Positions 25,215 through 34,753 of a stretch of DNA of 64,000 nucleotides are shown here, piece after piece. The stretch spans positions 1,335 through 65,334 of the forward strand of contig JAFQEC010000038.1 in NCBI GenBank assembly GCA_017415805.1, read 5' to 3'. The translations under genes were made by a program, and so were the position numbers. Source of the DNA: Clostridia bacterium (GTDB taxonomy: Bacteria > Bacillota > Clostridia > Oscillospirales > CAG-272). Each line of letters begins with the position of its first letter. The first letter of the stretch is position 1. The notes under the pieces were generated by a model. The model saw only the letters and a list, made by a program, of their open reading frames with translations. It was not told the origin of the DNA and did no database searches.

Positions 25215-26174
25215 ATGAATCCTGTTCTTGAAGAGCTTTCTAAAATCGGCATCGTTCCGGTCATCAAGATCGACGATGCAAAGGATGCCGTCCCGCTTGC
25301 CAAGGCGTTGCTGGACGGGGGACTGCCCTGCGCGGAGGTCACCTTCCGCACGGCGGCTGCAAAGGACGCCATCGCTGCTATGGCAAAGGCCTACCCCGAA
25401 ATGCTGGTGGGCGCAGGTACGGTGCTGACCACCGCACAGGTCGATGACGCAGTTGCCGCAGGTGCGCGCTTTATTGTCAGCCCCGGCCTTAATCCCGACG
25501 TGGTGCGCTATTGCGTGGAGCGCGATATTCCGATCGTGCCCGGCATCAACAATCCCACGGGCGTCGAGCAGGCGCTCTCGCTGGGTCTTACGACCGTCAA
25601 GTTCTTTCCTGCCGAGCCCTCGGGCGGCGTCAAGATGATCAAGGCGATGGCTGCTCCTTATACAAGCGTGACCTTTATGCCCACGGGCGGCGTCGGCCCC
25701 GACAACCTCAAGGATTACCTGTCCTTCCCCAAGATCATTGCCTGCGGCGGTAGCTGGATGGTGCCCCCCGCAATGGTAACGGCAGGGGATTTTGACGGCA
25801 TTACGCGTCTGGTGCGCGAGGCCGTGGATGTCATGCTGGATTTCAAGCTGGTGCATGTGGGCATCAATTGCCCCGACAAGGATGCGGCCGACGCGGGCGC
25901 CGCGCGCATGAAGGAGATCTTTTCGTTTGAGACCGATGTGCGCAGCGTCTCGTCCTTTGCGGGCACGGGCTTTGAATTTATGAATGCCAAGGGCAAGGGA
26001 ACGATGGGGCACATCGCCATTCACACAAGCTCGGTGGAGCGTGCGATCTATCATCTCACGCGCCGCGGCGTCCGGATCGACGGCGAAAGCATCCGTTTGG
26101 ATAAGAACGGAAAGCCGACCTTCGCATATATTGCCGAGGAGATCGGCGGCTTCGCTTACCATCTCGTACAGTGA
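25215..26174 (+). CDS. eda: KDPG/KHG aldolase (Eda) fused to a C-terminal VOC/glyoxalase-like domain
   Basis: Eda-type TIM-barrel region includes GIVPVIKIDD...LPCAEVTFRT...GAGTVL...FIVSPG...VKFFPAE...FMPTGGV. An extra region of about 110 aa (LVHVGINCPD...GHIAIHTSSVERAIYHL) follows. ATG at 25215 follows AAAGGAGAA. Confidence 0.85.
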   Translation: MNPVLEELSKIGIVPVIKIDDAKDAVPLAKALLDGGLPCAEVTFRTAAAKDAIAAMAKAYPEMLVGAGTVLTTAQVDDAVAAGARFIVSPGLNPDVVRYCVERDIPIVPGINNPTGVEQALSLGLTTVKFFPAEPSGGVKMIKAMAAPYTSVTFMPTGGVGPDNLKDYLSFPKIIACGGSWMVPPAMVTAGDFDGITRLVREAVDVMLDFKLVHVGINCPDKDAADAGAARMKEIFSFETDVRSVSSFAGTGFEFMNAKGKGTMGHIAIHTSSVERAIYHLTRRGVRIDGESIRLDKNGKPTFAYIAEEIGGFAYHLVQ

Positions 26175-26181
26175 CAGACAC

Positions 26182-26226
26182 AAAGCCCCAAACGGTGCAT
26201 TTCTCGCACCGTTTGGGGCTTTTTTT
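26182..26226 (+). terminator. Strong terminator after eda
   Basis: AAAGCCCCAAACGGTGC-7 nt-GCACCGTTTGGGGCTTT followed by TTTT. Confidence 0.9.
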
Positions 26227-26683
26227 GTTGTGTGTGGGCAGCGAATGTGCAAAAAACAGCAGGGCGTGCTGCTTTTTGGCTCTTGCTGTCCTTTTTTGCG
26301 AATCAGGGCTTTACTGCTTGGCGGCAAGGGAAGCGCGGCGCGATGCGCGCATTTTCGACGGGAAACGGATGAAAAAGCGCGCGGCTTCGCCGCAAACGGC
26401 ACGCCTTTTACAGGCTGCGGCACAATTCCTTTTCAAGCAGCAAAGGACGGCTTGCTTCGACAAAAGAGGAGAAGCGTGTCGAACGGTGCTGGACGGCACG
26501 AGGGAGCGCAGATCGGCACAAAAGCGCGTGAAATACGCGCAAAATGTGAAGATTGTGTAAAAAGTGCCTGTTCCTGCGGTGTGTGGAGAGTGTAGAAATT
26601 TTGCCCCGAAAACTGTGCACAATGCCCAAGAGGTCGAGAGAGAAGAGGAAGGCTCGCCTTTCTCGATGCTTTTGTCAAGATGC

Positions 26684-26698
26684 GTAAATATAATTTAC
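26684..26698. promoter_or_regulatory. 15-bp perfect palindrome GTAAATATAATTTAC (candidate operator)
   Basis: Read directly. A twin palindrome lies 104 bp downstream. Confidence 0.35.
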
Positions 26699-26787
26699 TC
26701 TTTCCGAAACCCCAAAAACCGTTTGGCAAAAAGTAACGAAAATCGCGAAGTGTGGCGCGGGCGGCCCCGTTTTTTTTGTGGCAGAAG

Positions 26788-26802
26788 GTAAATTAAATTT
26801 AC
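26788..26802. promoter_or_regulatory. 15-bp perfect palindrome GTAAATTAAATTTAC (candidate operator)
   Basis: Read directly. Both copies are followed by TC. Confidence 0.35.
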
Positions 26803-26941
26803 TCGTTTGACCGATACACGGATCGCGTGCCAAAAATGTGCTGATTTTTTTGGAAAAATACGGAAATCTGTCCCGTGTCATTTTGCCGTCCGATACGTGT
26901 GCGCACATGCAAGCGCGCATTATGCGCGAGAAATTTTTGCC

Positions 26942-26971
26942 TTGACTTTTGCCCCTGTGGCGTGCTACAAT
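26942..26971 (+). promoter_or_regulatory. Promoter of the large carbohydrate-uptake locus
   Basis: TTGACT, 18-nt spacer, TACAAT. The palindrome CGCGCATtATGCGCG (26914-26928) lies just upstream. A leader of about 205 nt follows. Confidence 0.5.
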
Positions 26972-27176
26972 AATGCCATCTGCAGGGGGTTTTGCACACA
27001 GGCAAGACCTCTGCCACACACCGACACCTGTGATACGATGCAACGGAGGGGAAAGCCCGCCGTTCTTTCGTTTCCACGGGCGCGTGCGTGTGTACGCCGC
27101 GCAAGGCAGCTTGCCGACAGATACCACGGATTGCGAAGAGGATCCGACTTCGCGATCGGAAACAGAGGAGGAGAAC

Positions 27177-30100
27177 ATGAAGAAGACGAAATTCACACGG
27201 CTTTTGGCACTCGTCCTGATGCTGACGACCCTGTTCGGTGGCGCGTTGACCGTTAACGCCGCCATTGACGACGGTGCGGGCTCGGTTACCACCAAGACCC
27301 TGTCAGAGATCAGAGAGCAGCTGAACGCGGTCAGCTACGAGACGTACAAGGAAAAGTACGCCGACATCCAGCGCGCGACCGCGAGCATTCTCATCAATGC
27401 GACCGAGGACTATACCTTTAAGAAGGGAACCTCGGGTGCAGAGGATGCCAAGATCGTGACACACGAGGGTGTGGCGGGCCTTTGGACCCCCGGCACGGGT
27501 ACGGTGACCTGGACGACCGATCAGGTCAAAAAGGCGGCCAAGTACAGCATCGTGATCGAGTACTGGCCCGACGATGCAAAATCCGCTGCGATCGAGCGTG
27601 TGCTGATGATCAACGGCGAAGCACCCTTTGCCGAGGCGCGTTATCTGACGCTGCCCAAGATCTGGAAGAACACCTATACTGCTGCCAAGGTGACCGATCC
27701 CGAGGGAGAGATCTCGGTGCAGCAGCTGTATGAGCAGGCGATCGCCGCGGGCTTTGATGCCGAGACGACCCGCCAGGTCACCGAAAACGGTGAGACCTAT
27801 CTGCACGTGGAGATCCCCACGGTCTGGACGCAAAAGCAAGCTGATTTCGTTCATACATACAGCATCCGCTTCCTGACCACCGATATTGATAACAACGAGC
27901 TGCGTCCCACGATGGTGCAGGCACCCGAATGGCGCTCCTACGAGCTGCGCGATGCCGACGGCTTCTATGCGGAGACCTTTGAGTTTGTGCTGGAGCCCGA
28001 TGCCGACGGCAAGGTGAGCATTTCGCTGGAGGCTGTAAACGAGCCCATGACCATCAAGCAGATCTGGCTGGTTCCTCACGAGGATCTGATCAGCTATGAC
28101 GACTATCTTGCCAAGTACGGCGAGATGGGCTCGGGCACGGACAAGATCATCATTCAGGCCGAGTATGCGGGCGCAAGCTCCACGCAGACGGTCTACCCCA
28201 TTGAGGACCGCACCGACGCGGCCACCGTTCCCGCAGACACCAACCGCACCATGCTCAACACCATCGGCGGTGAGAAGTGGGCAACCGCAGGTCAGTGGAT
28301 CAGCTACCGCTTTACGGTCGGCTCCAGCGGCATGTATAACATTGCTGCACGCTATCGGCAGAACGTGCTGGACGGTATGTACGTCTGCCGCGCCGTTTAC
28401 ATTAAGAGTAACGGTGCTGCCGTAGGATCGCTTGGCTATTACGACGGTGGCATTCCCTTTAGGGAAGCATCGCAGATCCGCTTCAATTACGATTCGCGCT
28501 GGCAGTCGACGCGCTTTAACGACGGCAGCGGTGTGGATTACAAGTTCTATTTCGAAAAGGGCGTCGAGTACGAGATCCGCATTGAGGTGGCACTTGGCTC
28601 GATGGGCGATATCGTGCGCCGCGTGGAGACCGCGCTGGATGCCATCAACGACGATTACCTTGCCATCATGAAGTTGACCGGTGCATCGCCCGATGAATAC
28701 CGTGATTACGGTTTCTCGCGCATCATGCCCGACACGCTGATCGACATGGTCATCCAATCCCGCGAGCTGTACGCCATCGCGGCAGAGCTGGAGCGCATCA
28801 CGGGAGAGAAGAGCTCGAACGTGGCGACGCTGGAGCGTATCGCGTGGCTCTTGGAGCGTATGGGCACGGATGAGGGCGAGATCGCAAAGTACCTCGAGCA
28901 GCTCAAGTCCTACATCGGCTCGCTCGGTACCTGGCTTGGCGACGCCAAGACCCAGCCTGTGCAGCTCGACTATCTTGTGGTTCAGCCCCTCGGTGCAGAG
29001 CTTCCCAAGGCAAAGGCAGGGTTCTTCGCCTCCTTCCTGCATGAGATCAAGAGCTTTATCATGTCCTTCTTCCGCAACTACGACCGTATGGGCGCAACTG
29101 CAGAGGATTCCGAAAATTCGGATGCGATCGACGTCTGGATCGCAACGGGTCGTGACCAGGCACAGGTTCTGCGCAACCTGATCAACAATGACTTTACCCC
29201 CGAGTACGGTGTTCCCGTCAACCTTAAGCTGGTCGCGGCGGGCACGCTGCTCCCCTCGGTGCTCTCGGGCATGGGCCCTGACGTGTACATCGGTCTGGAC
29301 GAGGACAGCGTCATCAACTACGCGATTCGAGGAGCACTGGAATCGATCGAGCATCATGAGGGCTTTGCCGACAACTTCCTATATTATAAGGTAGACGAAA
29401 ACTTCAACACAGTGCACGATGCCAACGGCGATCCCATCGTCAATCCGAACTCCTGCTTTAACAATGCTGCGATGCTGGTGCTTGGCATTGAGGATGCATC
29501 GGGTGACTTCCACTACTACGGTCTGCCCGAGGCGCAGAGCTTTAGCATGATGTTCGTGCGTGACGATGTGCTGGCGGACCTTGGCATTGAGATCCCCAAG
29601 ACATGGGATGACATTCTGGCCGCCGTGCCGGTTTTGCAGGCGAACAACATGCAGATCGGTATGCACACCGACTACAAGCTCTTCCTTTACCAGATGGGTG
29701 GCGAGCTCTTTGCCGATAACGGCATGCGCATCAATCTGGATTCCAATATCGGCCTTGAGTCCTTTGAGACGATGTGTAGCTTCTTTACCATGTATTCCTT
29801 CCCCAAGAGCTACGATTTTGCAAACCGCTTCCGTACGGGTGAGATGCCCATCGGCTTTGCAAGCTACACGGCTACTTATAACCAGCTGACGGTCTTTGCG
29901 ACCGAGATCAAGGGCTTGTGGGAGTTCGTTCCCATGCCCGGCATTGATACCGGTAAGGTAGATGCCGACGGCAACGCCATCATCAACAACGTGGCGGTTT
30001 CCACGGTCACGGCGATCGTAATGCTGCACGGCTGCGATCAGACGGACGGCGCATGGAAATTCATGACCTGGCACGTCGGTGCTGACTGCCAGTCCAAGTA

Positions 30101-30650
30101 CGCCAACGAGATGGTTGCCATCATCGGCCCCTCTGCAAAGCACTCCACCGCAAACTACTACGCGCTGGCAGAGATGCCCTGGACGTCTGCCGAGCGTGAG
30201 CAGATCCTGTACCAGTTCCGCAACCTTGCTTCGATCCCGAACTATCCCGGCAGCTATATCATTGCCCGCTACACCAACTTCGCCTTCCTTGCCGCGTATG
30301 AGGACAATGCAGATCCCGTTACCGAGCTGCAAAGCTACATTACGACCATCAACAAGGAGATCACGCGTAAGCGTGCGGAGTTCGGTCTGGAAACCCTGGA
30401 GCTGGGTCAGACGCTGACCGAGAAGCGACTTTTGCAGGTAGAGCAAGCCTTTGAAGAGGACACCGATAAGATGTCCAATGACAAGCTTTCCGCCGCCGCT
30501 GCCGCAATCGATATGATGAAGGCAGGCATTAAGGAGGAGGATCATATGGCACTGGAGAGCGCCGCCAAGGCCTTCCGCGGCTTGGATGCAGGTGCATTCG
30601 CGCGCACCATCAAGGCACTCGAGAATGCGATCCTCGTTCTCAAGCGATAA
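27177..30650 (+). CDS. Giant extracellular solute-binding protein (SBP family 1 domain in the C-terminal half, two CBM-like modules in the N-terminal half)
   Basis: ATG at 27177 follows AGAGGAGGAG. Signal peptide without a lipobox (ALTVNA|A). CBM-like strings are VTWTTDQVKKAAKYSIVIEYW and GQWISYRFTVGSSGMYNIAARYRQ. SBP-like region includes DVWIATGRDQAQVLRNLINNDFTPEYGVPVNLKLV...KTWDDILAAVPVLQ. Confidence 0.75.
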   Translation: MKKTKFTRLLALVLMLTTLFGGALTVNAAIDDGAGSVTTKTLSEIREQLNAVSYETYKEKYADIQRATASILINATEDYTFKKGTSGAEDAKIVTHEGVAGLWTPGTGTVTWTTDQVKKAAKYSIVIEYWPDDAKSAAIERVLMINGEAPFAEARYLTLPKIWKNTYTAAKVTDPEGEISVQQLYEQAIAAGFDAETTRQVTENGETYLHVEIPTVWTQKQADFVHTYSIRFLTTDIDNNELRPTMVQAPEWRSYELRDADGFYAETFEFVLEPDADGKVSISLEAVNEPMTIKQIWLVPHEDLISYDDYLAKYGEMGSGTDKIIIQAEYAGASSTQTVYPIEDRTDAATVPADTNRTMLNTIGGEKWATAGQWISYRFTVGSSGMYNIAARYRQNVLDGMYVCRAVYIKSNGAAVGSLGYYDGGIPFREASQIRFNYDSRWQSTRFNDGSGVDYKFYFEKGVEYEIRIEVALGSMGDIVRRVETALDAINDDYLAIMKLTGASPDEYRDYGFSRIMPDTLIDMVIQSRELYAIAAELERITGEKSSNVATLERIAWLLERMGTDEGEIAKYLEQLKSYIGSLGTWLGDAKTQPVQLDYLVVQPLGAELPKAKAGFFASFLHEIKSFIMSFFRNYDRMGATAEDSENSDAIDVWIATGRDQAQVLRNLINNDFTPEYGVPVNLKLVAAGTLLPSVLSGMGPDVYIGLDEDSVINYAIRGALESIEHHEGFADNFLYYKVDENFNTVHDANGDPIVNPNSCFNNAAMLVLGIEDASGDFHYYGLPEAQSFSMMFVRDDVLADLGIEIPKTWDDILAAVPVLQANNMQIGMHTDYKLFLYQMGGELFADNGMRINLDSNIGLESFETMCSFFTMYSFPKSYDFANRFRTGEMPIGFASYTATYNQLTVFATEIKGLWEFVPMPGIDTGKVDADGNAIINNVAVSTVTAIVMLHGCDQTDGAWKFMTWHVGADCQSKYANEMVAIIGPSAKHSTANYYALAEMPWTSAEREQILYQFRNLASIPNYPGSYIIARYTNFAFLAAYEDNADPVTELQSYITTINKEITRKRAEFGLETLELGQTLTEKRLLQVEQAFEEDTDKMSNDKLSAAAAAIDMMKAGIKEEDHMALESAAKAFRGLDAGAFARTIKALENAILVLKR

Positions 30651-30699
30651 TTGCAATTCGGTTACATTATTATAAATTAGCGCTATAAGGAGAAAACAC

Positions 30700-31635
30700 A
30701 TGTCAAAGAAAAAAGCGGTGGTGCGTCAGGATATGACGCGCTGGCAGTGGACATGGAAAGAGATGAAGCGCAACAAGGTCGCCTACATGATGGTGGCACC
30801 TTATATGCTGATCTTCACGCTCTTTACGGTCGTGCCCGTGCTTCTGTCCGTTGTCATCAGTTTTACGGATTTTAACCTGCTCCAGATGCCGAATTTCGTC
30901 TTCATGGACAATTATATCCGTTTGTTCCTTGACGACGATATCTTCCTGATCGCCGTTAAGAATACCATGATCTTCGCCGTCATCGTAGGGCCTCTTTCCT
31001 ACCTGATGTCGCTGATGGTGGCTTGGTTTATCAATGAGCTTCCCCCGAAGATCCGTGCACTGGTCACGCTGATCTTCTACGCTCCCTCGATCTCGGGTCA
31101 GGTCTACCTCATTTGGGGTACTCTGTTCTCGGGTGACTCCTACGGTTGGGTCAACGGTATACTGCTCGATCTCGGCTTGATCACAACCGAGATCCAGTGG
31201 TTCCAGGATGCCGATTACGTGATGCCGCTGTGTATCATCGTTGCACTCTGGACCTCGCTTGGCACCTCGTTCCTGTCCTTTATCGCAGGTCTGCAGGGCA
31301 TCGATCGCTCGATGTTCGAGGCAGGCGCGGTGGACGGTGTGCGCAACCGCTGGCAGGAGCTTTGGTACATCACGCTCCCCTCGATGAAGCCTCAGCTGAT
31401 GTTCGGTGCGATCATGGCCATTACCTCCTCGTTCGGCTTTGGCGGCGTCGTTACGGCGCTGTGCGGCTTCCCGTCAGTGGACTACGCGGCACATACCATT
31501 ATGCACCATCTGGATGACTACGGCGGTGCACGCTATGAGGTGGGCTACTCCTCTTCGATCGCAGTGATCCTGTTTGCGATCATGATCGGCGCGAATATGC
31601 TGGTCAAAAAAGTACTTTCGAAGGTGGGGCAGTGA
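30700..31635 (+). CDS. Carbohydrate ABC transporter permease (CUT1, MalF/LplB-like)
   Basis: EAA loop is FEAGAVDGVRNRWQELWYITLPSMKP. Six TM segments. Confidence 0.9.
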   Translation: MSKKKAVVRQDMTRWQWTWKEMKRNKVAYMMVAPYMLIFTLFTVVPVLLSVVISFTDFNLLQMPNFVFMDNYIRLFLDDDIFLIAVKNTMIFAVIVGPLSYLMSLMVAWFINELPPKIRALVTLIFYAPSISGQVYLIWGTLFSGDSYGWVNGILLDLGLITTEIQWFQDADYVMPLCIIVALWTSLGTSFLSFIAGLQGIDRSMFEAGAVDGVRNRWQELWYITLPSMKPQLMFGAIMAITSSFGFGGVVTALCGFPSVDYAAHTIMHHLDDYGGARYEVGYSSSIAVILFAIMIGANMLVKKVLSKVGQ

Positions 31636-31636
31636 T

Positions 31637-32512
31637 ATGGCAAAGAAATTACGTACCAGAAAACACAAAGTCGTATTGAACCGCTCCGCAGGCGGCGACG
31701 CGGGCATTACGTTTATCCTCGTGCTGCTGGGCGCTTTCATGTTCCTGCCCATGCTGTACGTGATCATGCAGTCGCTCAAGCCCTTGGATGAGCTGTGGAT
31801 GTTCCCCCCGCGCTTCTACGTGCGCAACCCTACCCTCACGAACTTCCGCGATCTGTTCATGCTCATGAACACCTCGTGGGTGCCGTTCTCGCGTTACATC
31901 TTCAACACGCTCTTTACCTCGATCGCAGGCACCTTCGGTAACCTGTTCTTCTCCTCGCTTGCGGCATACGCAATGGCGAAGATCAAGTTCCCGGGCGGCA
32001 AAGCGATGTTTAAGACCGTTCGTACCTCGCTGATGTTCCACTCCACGGTCACGGCGATCACCTCCTTCATCATTATGAGTGCCCTTGGCTGGATGGACTC
32101 CTATCTTGCCATCATCGTTCCCGCGTGGGCAACGTCGCTGGGCCTGTACCTGATGAAGCAGTTTATGGAAACCAACGTTTCGGACGCGGTGCTCGAATCC
32201 GCCCGTCTGGACGGTGCCAGCGAGCTGCGCACCTTCTGGGTGATCGCAATGCCGATGGTCAAGCCCGCATGGCTGACGCTGATCATCTACTCGTTCCAGG
32301 GACTCTGGAACCAGGGCTCCTCGATCTACATCCATTCCGAGCAGCTCAAATCCTTCAACTATGCCATCGGCCAGATCCTGGCAGGCGGTATCAAGCGTGC
32401 GGGTGCATCCGCCGCATCCATGGTGATCATGATGATGGTCCCGATCCTGGTCTTCGTGATCTCGCAGTCCAACATCATCGAGACCATGGGATCCTCGGGT
32501 ATGAAAGACTAA
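31637..32512 (+). CDS. Carbohydrate ABC transporter permease (CUT1, MalG/LplC-like)
   Basis: EAA loop is LESARLDGASELRTFWVIAMPMVKP. Confidence 0.9.
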   Translation: MAKKLRTRKHKVVLNRSAGGDAGITFILVLLGAFMFLPMLYVIMQSLKPLDELWMFPPRFYVRNPTLTNFRDLFMLMNTSWVPFSRYIFNTLFTSIAGTFGNLFFSSLAAYAMAKIKFPGGKAMFKTVRTSLMFHSTVTAITSFIIMSALGWMDSYLAIIVPAWATSLGLYLMKQFMETNVSDAVLESARLDGASELRTFWVIAMPMVKPAWLTLIIYSFQGLWNQGSSIYIHSEQLKSFNYAIGQILAGGIKRAGASAASMVIMMMVPILVFVISQSNIIETMGSSGMKD

Positions 32513-32534
32513 TCGGAAAGGAGGAAAAATTACA

Positions 32535-34733
32535 GTGAAAAAGCTAATATCCGTATTGTGTCTGTTGTTTGTCTTCCTGACGGTGGTCTCCATCCCGGTG
32601 GGTGCCGCGCGTGCATACCAGACCTACACGTATTCGATCGACGGTCAGCCCCTCTACTCGCCCGATGCCTATACGGCAGTCAAGAGCATTGACTTTGCGG
32701 GAATGGGACTTTCCGCTTCCTCGATCGCAGGGCTGAACACGGCAAACGACATCGTGACCGACCAGGATGAGAACGTCTACATCGTGGACTCGGAGAACGA
32801 CCGCATCGTTGTCTTGGACCGCTACTACAAATTCAAGTTTGAGCTCAAGAATTTTGAGAACAAAGAGGGCGTTCCCGATAAATTCCACAATCCGCAGGGT
32901 ATGTATGTCACTGCGGATCGCGTGGAGGAGGGCGTCAAGATCCCCGGCTTGATCTACGTATGTGATACCGACGCGAGCCGTATCCTGACCTTTAAGCTGG
33001 ACGGGACCTTCCACTCGACCATCCCCAAGCCCGAATCCGAGTTGTTCGGTGACGATTCGGTCTATACTCCCACCGCGATCGCGGTGGATGCCTACGACCG
33101 CTTGTTCGTGGTTTCCTCAAACACCAACGAGGGTGTCATCGTGATGACACAGAAGGGTGAGTTTACCGGCTTTATCGGTGCACAGCAGACCTATTCCTCG
33201 CTGTGGGATCAGATCTGGCGTCGCTTCCAGACCGATGAGCAGCGCGCCAAGCAGGTCGATATCGTCTCCTATCCTTACAACAATATCGCCATCAATGAGC
33301 GCGGATTTGTCTACGTTACGATCTATCATGAGGATCTGGCGAGCAAGATGTCCAGTGCCATCACCTCGAAGTCGAAGGCAGGCACCTATGCCCCCTGTAA
33401 GCTGCTCAATCCCGCGGGTGATGAGATCATGCGCCGCAACGGCTTCTGGCCCCCCGCAGGTGAGATCGACTTCAAGTCTGTGACCTCTAATACAGATCAG
33501 GCTCAAGCAAATGCGGGTGGCGTCTCGCGTATCATTGACGTGGCGACCGGTCCCGAGCAGACCTGGACGATCGTGGACTCCAAGCGCAATAAGCTCTACA
33601 CCTACGATTATGACGGCAATTTGCTCTTTGCCTTTGGTGACTCGGGCAATCAGCTCGGCAACCTGACGGGCATCAAGTCCATCGTTTACCAGGGTGATGC
33701 TTTGCTGGTGCTGGACGGCTCGAACAATGCACAGCGTCTCACGGTCTTCCGCCGCACCGAGTACGGCGACGTTTTGATCCAGGCCTTGCGCCATCAAAAC
33801 GACCGTCAGTACGATCTTGCGATCGAGGACTGGAAGGAGATCCTGATGCGCAACTCGAACTACGATGCCGCGTATATCGGCATCGGATCGGCGCTGTTCC
33901 GCAGCGGCGATTACGAGGAGGCGCTGGAGTATTACAAGGCTGCATACGATACCGAGAACTACTCGGAGGCATACAAGGAGCTGCGTAAGAACTGGATGTC
34001 GCGCTTCTTCCTGCTCATTCCGCTTGTGATCGTCGTGGTGTGCGTGCTGGTCGGGAAATTCCTGAAATACGCCGCCAAGATCAATAAGAAGGTTTCGGTC
34101 TCGGGCAAGAAGCCGACCTTCAAGGAGGAGCTGCTCTTCGTCTTCCATGTGATGTTCCACCCGTTTGACGGCTTCTGGGATCTCAAGCATGAGAAGCGAG
34201 GGTCGCTGCGTGCGGCGTTCGTGTTCATCGGTATCACGATCGTGTCGCTCTTCTACCGCAGTGTGGGTACAGGCTACGTGATGAACCCGCAAGGCGAGTA
34301 TTCGACCATCTTCATGCAGGCTATGGTCGTATTTGTTCCTGTGCTTCTTTTTGCCGTTGCAAACTGGTGTCTCACGACCCTGTTTGACGGCGAGGGTAAT
34401 TTCAAAAACATTTTCATTGCCATTGGCTATTCCTTGCTTCCCATCGCGCTGACGATGGTCCCCGTCACGATCTTCTCGAATATCGTGGTTTCGACCGAGA
34501 CCGACATCCTTTCGCTGATCATGACGCTGGGCTTTATCTGGGCCGCATTCCTGATCTTCTTCGGCATGATGGTCACGCACGGGTACAGCATGGGCAAGAA
34601 TCTCGGTATTACACTGGGTACGATCGCAGGCATGGCCTTTATCATGTTCCTCGCCGTGCTCTTTACCTCGCTTGTGATGGATATGGTCTCCTTCGTGACC
34701 AATATCGTATCCGAGGTCAGCTTCCGCGTATAA
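32535..34733 (+). CDS. Membrane protein: signal peptide, NHL-type beta-propeller repeats, TPR segment, C-terminal Yip1-like polytopic domain
   Basis: GTG start follows AAAGGAGG. NHL-like blades include DENVYIVDSENDRIVVLD, GLIYVCDTDASRILTF and DRLFVVSSNTNEGVIVM. TPR-like segment is GDYEEALEYYKAAYD. Five C-terminal TM segments. Confidence 0.7.
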   Translation: MKKLISVLCLLFVFLTVVSIPVGAARAYQTYTYSIDGQPLYSPDAYTAVKSIDFAGMGLSASSIAGLNTANDIVTDQDENVYIVDSENDRIVVLDRYYKFKFELKNFENKEGVPDKFHNPQGMYVTADRVEEGVKIPGLIYVCDTDASRILTFKLDGTFHSTIPKPESELFGDDSVYTPTAIAVDAYDRLFVVSSNTNEGVIVMTQKGEFTGFIGAQQTYSSLWDQIWRRFQTDEQRAKQVDIVSYPYNNIAINERGFVYVTIYHEDLASKMSSAITSKSKAGTYAPCKLLNPAGDEIMRRNGFWPPAGEIDFKSVTSNTDQAQANAGGVSRIIDVATGPEQTWTIVDSKRNKLYTYDYDGNLLFAFGDSGNQLGNLTGIKSIVYQGDALLVLDGSNNAQRLTVFRRTEYGDVLIQALRHQNDRQYDLAIEDWKEILMRNSNYDAAYIGIGSALFRSGDYEEALEYYKAAYDTENYSEAYKELRKNWMSRFFLLIPLVIVVVCVLVGKFLKYAAKINKKVSVSGKKPTFKEELLFVFHVMFHPFDGFWDLKHEKRGSLRAAFVFIGITIVSLFYRSVGTGYVMNPQGEYSTIFMQAMVVFVPVLLFAVANWCLTTLFDGEGNFKNIFIAIGYSLLPIALTMVPVTIFSNIVVSTETDILSLIMTLGFIWAAFLIFFGMMVTHGYSMGKNLGITLGTIAGMAFIMFLAVLFTSLVMDMVSFVTNIVSEVSFRV

Positions 34734-34753
34734 GCACAGAAAGGAGAGAAAAT

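Noticed and set aside
26476-26595. Possible 39-aa Cys-rich ORF (MSNGAGRHEGAQIGTKAREIRAKCEDCVKSACSCGVWRV) with AGAGGAG 4 nt before a GTG; SCIFF/ranthipeptide-like tail.
   Set aside because: The RBS spacing is short. I see no promoter or terminator framing it, no radical-SAM or other maturase nearby, and it is merely the tail of a long spurious ORF (25984-26595). Support is insufficient.
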